A DNA stretch of 64,000 nt, from positions 8,579 through 72,578 of the forward strand of contig CAZEDI010000002.1 in assembly GCA_964510865.1 (NCBI GenBank). The letters run 5' to 3'. This stretch comes from an uncultured Halobacteriales archaeon (GTDB lineage: Archaea > Halobacteriota > Halobacteria > Halobacteriales > Hikarchaeaceae). Shown piece by piece: positions 58,013 to 64,000 of the stretch. The translations under genes were made by a program, and so were the position numbers. Below the pieces are notes generated by a model, which worked only from the letters and a program-made list of their open reading frames with translations, had not been told where the DNA came from and did not search any database. Each line of letters starts with the position of its first letter. Positions within the stretch are counted from its first letter, which is position 1.

Positions 58013-58909
58013 CTATCCACCTCCGAAGAGGCTGCCCAGCCAGTCGGTCATGCCATCCAGGGCGGCCGTGAAGCTGTTCCAGGCGGAGCTGACGTCAGTG
58101 ACGACGCCGCCTCCGCCCGCGCGATACCGGACCGTCGGGGGATCGGGATGCGTGCTCATGAGTAGCGTGTGGTTGTGGCGGTCGAACTGGCAGACCGCTT
58201 GGTCTGCCGGGTCACTGCAGTCGGGGACGTTGATCCAGGACTCGCCGGCCGCCGTGGGATCGCTGTCGTACTGCACGACCGGGTCGGAGGCGTTCACCGG
58301 CAAGCGAACCGTGTCGTTGCCAGCGAGCGCGGCACCGTCGATGTAGCCCCACTCAGCGGCCGGTGGCCCGCCGAGTGAGGGGAGCTCGAAGCCGGTGACG
58401 TTCCCGACCAGATCGCTTGCCCAGCCTTTGGCGCCAAAGAAGCCACCCGAGACCGACGACAGGGCGTAACAGGCCCGCGTGGGCTCGGTGACGGTGAGCG
58501 TCACCGCCGTCATGGACCCGTTGGAAACGGGCTCGAAGGTGGCCGACGGGCCGGTATCGAGGGCGGAGAGCGTGGCCGGGCGGGGCTCGAAGTACGCCTC
58601 CGGGAGATACAGCCGGAGCTGGCGGTCCAGGCCCTCGCGGTAGTCCAGACACAGGAACGTGCGGCCGATGTCGACGTGAAAGCCGTCGATGCCCGCCTCT
58701 GCGCTAGATTCGGCGACCGTCATGCCGAGATCGATTTGCGTGAGGTTGGCCGCGACAACGCCCTCGGTCTCGAAGGTCTCGATGGCGTCGGTGCCGGCGA
58801 GTGGGTGGCGCTCGTCGATCGTGACCAGCGACGGTGCGGCCGCCGCGGTCGCGGTGATGACAATCGCGACGGCAGTTACTCGCACGACCAGGCGCAGGAT
58901 CAGGCTCAT
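58013..58909 (-). CDS. Secreted protein
   Basis: N-terminal signal/anchor MSLILRLVVRVTAVAIVITATAAAAPS with an acidic mature domain. ATGA overlap upstream. Confidence 0.55.
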   Translation of the reverse strand: MSLILRLVVRVTAVAIVITATAAAAPSLVTIDERHPLAGTDAIETFETEGVVAANLTQIDLGMTVAESSAEAGIDGFHVDIGRTFLCLDYREGLDRQLRLYLPEAYFEPRPATLSALDTGPSATFEPVSNGSMTAVTLTVTEPTRACYALSSVSGGFFGAKGWASDLVGNVTGFELPSLGGPPAAEWGYIDGAALAGNDTVRLPVNASDPVVQYDSDPTAAGESWINVPDCSDPADQAVCQFDRHNHTLLMSTHPDPPTVRYRAGGGGVVTDVSSAWNSFTAALDGMTDWLGSLFGGG

Positions 58910-59049
58910 AACACGGTCACCGTGGCTTCACAGATCGGACACTGCAGCACCGTGCGATTCGACTGTGAGAGCGCGAGGACGGGCGGGACGCCACACTCGG
59001 TATTCCCGATCTCCTCGAGGAGCGCTCGGACCCGCTCGCGATCGATCAC
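58906..59049 (-). CDS. Small Cys-containing protein (47 aa)
   Basis: GTG 59049 overlaps the upstream stop (GTGA). Sequence (M)IDRERVRALLEEIGNTECG...LQCPICEATVTVL. Confidence 0.3.
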   Translation of the reverse strand: MIDRERVRALLEEIGNTECGVPPVLALSQSNRTVLQCPICEATVTVL

Positions 59050-59348
59050 GGGTCGACCTCCCAGATCCAGAACCGGCGATTCCAGATATCGCTCGTCGTC
59101 TGGCGAATGTCGTCTGCCAGGTGGATCGAGATCACGATGCCCGCGATCGCCGCGACCAGGGCCATGCCACTCGACAGCGCGGCCACGACCAGCGCGCCGC
59201 CGATCACGATCAGGAGGAGTTGCCAGATCCTGTCGAGAGGTGACTGGCGTATGTGCCGTCGAAACCAGTCCACGACGTACTGCGGGATCGGCGTCGGGAC
59301 GTGATACGGGGGCGTGAGTCGTGCCCAGAGCCACTCGAGTGCAGCCAT
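59046..59348 (-). CDS. Small membrane protein
   Basis: ATG 59348 (MAALEWLWARL...). Hydrophobic core LLLIVIGGALVVAALSSGMALVAAIAGIVISI. Confidence 0.45.
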   Translation of the reverse strand: MAALEWLWARLTPPYHVPTPIPQYVVDWFRRHIRQSPLDRIWQLLLIVIGGALVVAALSSGMALVAAIAGIVISIHLADDIRQTTSDIWNRRFWIWEVDP

Positions 59349-59350
59349 GG

Positions 59351-59710
59351 TCAGGCGCCGAATCCCTCCGAGCGGACGTCCCAGAGCGGCCAATTCCCCG
59401 TCTCGAGGGGCCAGCGCCGGTTCACGGCAGGGATGAACCGCAGCAGGGCGATCGGGAAGGCGATCGCGAAAAACGCCAGCGCGACGGCCGTGAGCAGCGT
59501 AGCTGAGGCGATGATCATGACCGCCGTGAGGGCGATCACACCCGTGAGGTGGCCCGTTCTCGGCGCAAAACCCAATCCTCGTGGAATTGTGTCCCGCGCC
59601 CAGACCAACGTCGAGACGATCGATGGCGGGAGCAAGTCACCGAGCGTGACGGTCGTCGCGGTCACACGGAGGTTCGCGAGTGTCCCGGTGACCTGGCTGC
59701 GCAGGCCCAT
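59351..59710 (-). CDS. Small membrane protein
   Basis: 119 aa with TM segment VIALTAVMIIASATLLTAVALAFFAIAFPIALL. Confidence 0.45.
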   Translation of the reverse strand: MGLRSQVTGTLANLRVTATTVTLGDLLPPSIVSTLVWARDTIPRGLGFAPRTGHLTGVIALTAVMIIASATLLTAVALAFFAIAFPIALLRFIPAVNRRWPLETGNWPLWDVRSEGFGA

Positions 59711-59712
59711 CG

Positions 59713-59919
59713 CTACACCCCCAGCGCCCGTCGGAGCCGCCCACGTGACGTGGCCTCCCCTCCGGACTCGGTATCGGTGCAGGAACAGCAGTCGACGCAG
59801 ACGGCCTTGGTGACGCCCCGGATCTCCTCCAGGTGTTCGCGACCGTCGATGTCGCTGCCGCAGTGCTCACAGCTGCTCATGGCGATCAGTGCATCGCCGT
59901 CGGTAGTGGAGTGTGGCAT
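59713..59919 (-). CDS. Small Cys-rich (zinc-finger-like) protein
   Basis: ATG 59919. Contains SSCEHCGSD...AVCVDCCSC. Confidence 0.35.
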   Translation of the reverse strand: MPHSTTDGDALIAMSSCEHCGSDIDGREHLEEIRGVTKAVCVDCCSCTDTESGGEATSRGRLRRALGV

Positions 59920-60029
59920 GGTTGTTACCCGGTACGACGCCCCGGGCGGGGCGGACGCCCACCGCCGGACTCGAACGCGGCGCGAGGCACCTGCGTGGGC
60001 CGTGGAATCGGTCGGTCCGTGCGTCTCGC

Positions 60030-60188
60030 CTACCCTGTGAGTCGTCGCCAGATCCAGCGCAGCCCGAAGAACGGCAGTAGCACGATCGCGAGGAGCAGCC
60101 GCCCGAACCAGATCCCCGTGGCTTTCAGCGAGCCCCGGAAGAGATCCCACCTCCGGCCGAGCCGCGAGCCGTCTGTCTCAGCGGTCAT
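60030..60188 (-). CDS. Small membrane protein
   Basis: ATG 60188 (MTAETDGSRLG...). TM segment WFGRLLLAIVLLPFFGL. 52 aa. Confidence 0.3.
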   Translation of the reverse strand: MTAETDGSRLGRRWDLFRGSLKATGIWFGRLLLAIVLLPFFGLRWIWRRLTG

Positions 60189-60198
60189 GGCTGTGTTG

Positions 60199-60450
60199 TC
60201 ACCCCATTGACCGCTGCGGGATCGCCTGGAACGAGCCGTCACCCGTGACGGCGTAGTTGCGATTCTCCGCACTCCAGTTGGTCCAGGCGCGGAACCAGGT
60301 CGCGACCGTCCCGCCGGAGTCGAGCCCCTCCGAACCCGTCAGCAGCTGCCAGAGTACGTCCAGCAGCATCCAGAGGAGGCCGACCAACAGCAGGATGAAC
60401 CCGATGACGAAACCCAGCAGGTAGCCCCACAGGAAGGCGGCGATCCGCAT
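60199..60450 (-). CDS. Small two-TM membrane protein
   Basis: ATG 60450 (MRIAAFLWGYLLGFVIGFILLLVGLLWMLLDVLW...). GTG 60474 is the alternative start. Confidence 0.45.
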   Translation of the reverse strand: MRIAAFLWGYLLGFVIGFILLLVGLLWMLLDVLWQLLTGSEGLDSGGTVATWFRAWTNWSAENRNYAVTGDGSFQAIPQRSMG

Positions 60451-60542
60451 GAGGGCCTCCCCGCGCTTGCCCACGGCTCACTCACCTCCCGGCCGCGGGA
60501 CCTGGTCACGGTCACGCCGAGTGGTGCTGGCGCCGGCGGGCA

Positions 60543-61664
60543 TCACGCCACCCCGGACCGTCGCGCTGCGGGTGCGCCGGCGAGGAGCCCCAGGCTCGCG
60601 CCGGCAAGCCCGTCGAACAGGCCACCGCTCCACAGCACTGGGATCGAGTTCGAGATGCCGACCCGGGTGTACTCCCAGAACATCGTGGTGAGCCCGGCGT
60701 TGGCGACGAGCTCGACGTCGACCGCGTCGGCGTCGTCGAAGGAGTCTCCGAGGTTGAACACGATCGCCGTCTCGCCGCCGACGTCCTGCACGACGCCGTG
60801 GGTCGTGTCATCGTCGACGCTGTCCGGCGCGGCCTCGCTGAAGATCGGCACCGGGACCGTGGTGTCGTCCGTCGAGACGATCGCGGCCATGCGCGGGCCC
60901 AGCCGGGAGAGCTGGCTGAGTGACTCTTCGTCCTCGGCGTCCTCGGGCGTGGCGTCGAAGTCGTCGACGACGTCGGTGTCGGAGGCCACGATCACCACGT
61001 CGGTGTCCGAGCCGTTGACCGCGACGTCGTCGTCGCCGGTGCGCTGGATGCGCGTGAAGTCATCCGCGCCGAAGCTACCGATCGAGAAGTTGATTCCGGC
61101 GACGCTGAACTCGGTGTCGACGACTTCGGCAATGCCGTCGTCGTCGGTGTCGTTGGATTCCACGTTCTCGACGGCCGTCGAGTTATCCGACTCGATGTAG
61201 GCCTGGAACACGGTTTCGTTGTTCGGATCCGCGCCGGTGTCGTTGACCATCGTGACGTCGATGGAGACGTTGTCGTTGATCGCTCGCTCGAGATCGGCCA
61301 GGTCGCCGTGGTTGATCGACACGTTGAAGATGCCGTCGTTGTCCGTCGAATTCCAGTCCACCAGGTCCGCACTGGCGTTGGTGTAGACGACGGTCCCCGT
61401 GTCGTTGTGGGCCATGGTGACCTCTGAGGAGTTACTATCCGCCTGGTAGGACAGCACGGTCGCCGTCGAATCGTTCGCGGCGAAACTGTGATTCGCCCCG
61501 ACCGTGGTGCCGTCCTGGAGTTCCGTGCCGGTCGTGACGGCTGCATCGAGCGTGCCGTCGTTGACCGTCGGCGGTGCCGCGCCGGCCCCGCCGAACGCCG
61601 CGCCCATGACCATGACGGTCGCGAGCACGGCGGCGAGCAGTTTCTTGGATCGCGTTGATCGCAT
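60543..61664 (-). CDS. Secreted acidic surface protein with many N-x-S/T sequons and a C-terminal hydrophobic anchor
   Basis: Signal peptide MRSTRSKKLLAAVLATVMVMGAAFGGAGA. The body is D/T/N-rich with repeated NxS/T. The C-terminus is GLAGASLGLLAGAPAARRSG. Confidence 0.65.
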   Translation of the reverse strand: MRSTRSKKLLAAVLATVMVMGAAFGGAGAAPPTVNDGTLDAAVTTGTELQDGTTVGANHSFAANDSTATVLSYQADSNSSEVTMAHNDTGTVVYTNASADLVDWNSTDNDGIFNVSINHGDLADLERAINDNVSIDVTMVNDTGADPNNETVFQAYIESDNSTAVENVESNDTDDDGIAEVVDTEFSVAGINFSIGSFGADDFTRIQRTGDDDVAVNGSDTDVVIVASDTDVVDDFDATPEDAEDEESLSQLSRLGPRMAAIVSTDDTTVPVPIFSEAAPDSVDDDTTHGVVQDVGGETAIVFNLGDSFDDADAVDVELVANAGLTTMFWEYTRVGISNSIPVLWSGGLFDGLAGASLGLLAGAPAARRSGVA

Positions 61665-61788
61665 TGTATGTTGTGTGGGTGCGCCCCGTGTCCCCGGGCG
61701 CGGAGGGTGGTTGCTGGGCGGTCGACCGGTGTTCTACGGGGCCGGCGAGGCGGGGGTTTCCAGCGCGGCCACCGACGTCTGCGGGTGG

Positions 61789-62502
61789 TCACAGCGATCC
61801 CCCCGTGTGGAACCCCAGCGACCGGCGAATCCCGAGGGAGAACGCCGTCAGGGAGAATCCAAACTGGTTGTGACGCCACCAGTGGTCCCGGCCGTCAGCA
61901 CCGGCCATGGTCCAGGGGTTGTAGACCGTCCCCGGCGCCAGGTCGGCCTCCAGGCCGTTCGCGAGCCAGGCGTCGAGCTCGCCGTGGAGGTCCTCGACAT
62001 CGAACAACGAGCCCGTCTCTGTCGTTGCCGAGTAGTGGTGCCAGGGACTGATTACCCGGAGTTTCGGGTGGTCGCCATCCAGCGTCGGGGTGGCTGTCCA
62101 GCCCCGTAGCCAGTGGTATATTGATGCGGCGACGCCCCGGACGTCGCCCGTGTTCTTATCAACAAACGTATATATTGGCTCGCGGTCGCCGTGGTGTGAA
62201 TCGTAGGATGTGACCCCGGTTTGGTGCGTATAGGCCGCGAAGTACACGCAGACGTCGGTGTCGTAGTCCTGCGAGCGGGCGACCCAGCCATACAAGCCGA
62301 AGAACTTCTCGCGATCCTCCTGGGCCATGACCAGCCGGGGTCGATAGCGCTCCAGGCGATCCTGGTCGAACTCCAGCGACACGTGGGCTGGCTGGGCGTC
62401 GGGATGGTCAGCGACAGCAGGCGAACTGGCGATCGCGAGGCCGGCGCCGAGGCTCCCGGCCCCGGCCACGGAGCGGAGAAACGCTCGCCGCGTCGGCGTC
62501 AC
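61789..62502 (-). CDS. Tat-exported protein of unknown function
   Basis: Twin-arginine signal TRRAFLRSVAGAGSLGAGLAIASS. GTG start overlaps the stop of the S8 protease gene (GTGA). Confidence 0.6.
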   Translation of the reverse strand: MTPTRRAFLRSVAGAGSLGAGLAIASSPAVADHPDAQPAHVSLEFDQDRLERYRPRLVMAQEDREKFFGLYGWVARSQDYDTDVCVYFAAYTHQTGVTSYDSHHGDREPIYTFVDKNTGDVRGVAASIYHWLRGWTATPTLDGDHPKLRVISPWHHYSATTETGSLFDVEDLHGELDAWLANGLEADLAPGTVYNPWTMAGADGRDHWWRHNQFGFSLTAFSLGIRRSLGFHTGGSL

Positions 62503-64000
62503 GACCCCAGGCCTCCCAGCCAGCCCTCGGGCTCGAACGCCCGGTAGTAGGCGTCCCGCTGCTCGGCGGCAGCAGTCATGGCCTCGGCCTGGCTCGTCTC
62601 GGGGACCGTCCCGTCGGCCAGGTTGTCCCCGGCGATCATCCCGGCGCCGGCCTCCACGGCGGCGGCGTTGGGCACGAAACGAGCGGTCGCGAGCACGGCG
62701 GCGTGCACCCGGGAGTGATTCCAGCCCGCCAGCGTGCTATTCGCGGCCAGTGCCAGGGCGAGGTTACCGGTCACGATCGGCGCCCCCATCGAGGTCCCCG
62801 ACAGCGTGGAGTTACTGAGGAAGCCCTCCGTCGAGGCGGTCTTCGCGGTGATCTTGAAGCCCGGCGCCACCACGTCGACGTCGGCGCTGCGGCTCTCCAG
62901 GTCCGAGGCGTCCGTCGCGCCCGTATCGGGGCCGGTCTGGCTGAAGTAGGCGCTCCAGGCCGAGCCCGGCGCCGAGCCATTCGTCGCGCCGACTGTAATC
63001 ACGGGCGCGTAGTCCCCGGGCGAGGCGATCCCGGGTGAACGCGTTGCCCGGCTGTTGCCGGCCGCAACCACGACCGCACTGACGCCCTGCTCGTGGGCGT
63101 AGTCGATCGCGTCCGTGAGGGGCTGACTCCAGAGCGGCGAGCCCAGGCTCATCGAGATGAGATCGACGTCCTGGTCTGCGGCGTACCGGATCGCCGCCGC
63201 GATATCCGCCGTGCTGCCCGAGCCGTCGTCTGCAAGCGCTTTCAGGACCAAGAGGTCGGAGTCGGGCGCCATGCCGTCCAGCGCGTCGGTCGAGGCGTTG
63301 GCCGCGATCGCAGCGCTGACCCAGGTGCCGTGGCCGTCGCCATCGGCAATCGCGTCGAAATCGCCGGCCGTCGCGTTGACCGATTCGCCGGTGATGAACG
63401 ACTTGCTCGCGTTGTCGATGCGGATCGAACTGCCGACCGAGCCGTTACCGAAGAGCTGGCCGTCAGCCGTGTTCGTCCCCGTGTCGATGGCGGCGATCGT
63501 GATCCCGGAGCCGGTCGCCGAGACGTTGCTGGCTCCCGTGGCGTCCCGCGAAACCGAGAGATCCGACGCGTTGACGTCCCCATCGAAGGCCAGGCCCTCG
63601 GTCGGGAACTCGGGATCATCGAACGCGAAGAGCCCCTGCTTGGGTGGGTCGAACTCCCCCGCCGTCAGCGGCGAGGTCACGGGATCGACGTCGAGCAGGT
63701 AGTTCGGGTCGATCCGCTCGACGTAGGATCGTTCCGAGAGCAGCGTCGAGAAGGGCGTCGGCAAGCTGATCCCGAAGACCGTCCGGGGGCGGATCTGGCT
63801 CCGAGGGGCTGCCACGACCGCAGTCCCGGAGTCGTTGCGAAGATCGATCAACTGGCGATCCCCGGAGGCGTTCGCCCAGTCCTGGAGTGCCGTGGGCGCA
63901 GTCTCGCCGGCCTCGTAGCTCACGATAAACGAGGGATTGCCGTCGTAGGTCTGGAGATCGGGCGTCGGGGGGTCGTCGTCCCCCAGCGAGAGCGCCGCCG
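62499..64000 (-). CDS. Subtilisin-like serine protease (peptidase S8), 5' end outside the window
   Basis: Catalytic triad motifs AAIDTGTN (D), GHGTWVSAAIA (H) and SGTSMGAPIVTG (S). The reading frame stays open upstream of GTG 63923 to position 64000, and no signal peptide is seen yet, so the gene is truncated by the window. Confidence 0.85.
   Translation of the reverse strand, partial: AALSLGDDDPPTPDLQTYDGNPSFIVSYEAGETAPTALQDWANASGDRQLIDLRNDSGTAVVAAPRSQIRPRTVFGISLPTPFSTLLSERSYVERIDPNYLLDVDPVTSPLTAGEFDPPKQGLFAFDDPEFPTEGLAFDGDVNASDLSVSRDATGASNVSATGSGITIAAIDTGTNTADGQLFGNGSVGSSIRIDNASKSFITGESVNATAGDFDAIADGDGHGTWVSAAIAANASTDALDGMAPDSDLLVLKALADDGSGSTADIAAAIRYAADQDVDLISMSLGSPLWSQPLTDAIDYAHEQGVSAVVVAAGNSRATRSPGIASPGDYAPVITVGATNGSAPGSAWSAYFSQTGPDTGATDASDLESRSADVDVVAPGFKITAKTASTEGFLSNSTLSGTSMGAPIVTGNLALALAANSTLAGWNHSRVHAAVLATARFVPNAAAVEAGAGMIAGDNLADGTVPETSQAEAMTAAAEQRDAYYRAFEPEGWLGGLGS

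Larger units (their letters stand above)
26900..64000. mobile_element. Integrated plasmid/ICE-like element (left end near the integrase, right end outside the window)
   Basis: Tyrosine integrase at the left edge, Orc1/Cdc6, a TA pair, three FtsK/HerA-superfamily ATPases, small wHTH regulators, a nested AT-rich cargo island and a membrane/secretion operon set. None of these look like housekeeping genes. The left coordinate is approximate. Confidence 0.7.

Noticed and set aside
60992-61879. 295-aa ORF overlapping the secreted surface-protein gene in another frame
   Set aside because: Its composition is Arg/Pro/Thr/Ser-rich. The alternative frame (60543..61664) has a clear signal peptide and halophile-like acidic composition.
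61789-62502. HHGDRE segment in the Tat-exported protein, reminiscent of the NPP1/NLP toxin motif GHRHDWE
   Set aside because: The resemblance is limited to a few residues recalled from memory and the surrounding conserved NLP features were not identifiable. It is too weak to call.
1-64000. Search for CRISPR arrays, rRNA genes, IS elements/transposases and reverse transcriptases
   Set aside because: No regularly spaced direct repeats, no rRNA-like segments and no DDE/HUH transposase or RT motifs were seen in any ORF translation. The only RNA gene found is tRNA-Leu.

Overview
High-GC DNA encoding very acidic proteins, with an Orc1/Cdc6 gene, Tat signals and lipoboxes, so it reads as a haloarchaeal (Halobacteria-like) replicon. 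All calls rest on reading the ORF translations and the DNA by eye; no database search or folding was run. Two regions can be told apart. (1) 1-26.9 kb looks like ordinary chromosome. It carries an ABC-2 transporter operon, a sensor kinase, a frameshifted DUF389 gene, GH67 alpha-glucuronidase, tRNA-Leu(CAA), a YcaO protein, a CHAT-like protein, glyA, folD, an esterase, AI-2E and MATE transporters, nadE and a GH10-like hydrolase. (2) From about 26.9 kb to beyond the window end lies an integrated mobile element. It starts with a tyrosine integrase, the last gene of a translationally coupled nine-gene operon that also holds a HerA/FtsK-like ATPase and DUF4326. Next come two paralogous wHTH regulators sharing a palindromic operator, a RelE-type toxin-antitoxin pair and an Orc1/Cdc6 gene. 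A visibly AT-rich cargo island follows (about 38.4-49.5 kb). The element ends with two convergent operons of membrane, secreted and ATPase genes (49.7 to >64 kb) whose order recalls virB2-virB3-virB4 and VirB6, so I read them as a candidate conjugation or DNA-transfer apparatus. The AT-rich island holds the most unusual content. A NurA-like nuclease is fused in operon to a HerA-like ATPase. Converging on it is an operon of a small protein, a Y-family (DinB) polymerase and a Myb/SANT-Trm1-like (guanine-N2-type) methyltransferase. I flag these as a candidate, undescribed nuclease/translocase plus DNA-modification/bypass system. Many long Arg/Pro/Ser-rich ORFs in the track are antisense or out-of-frame shadows of real genes and were rejected.
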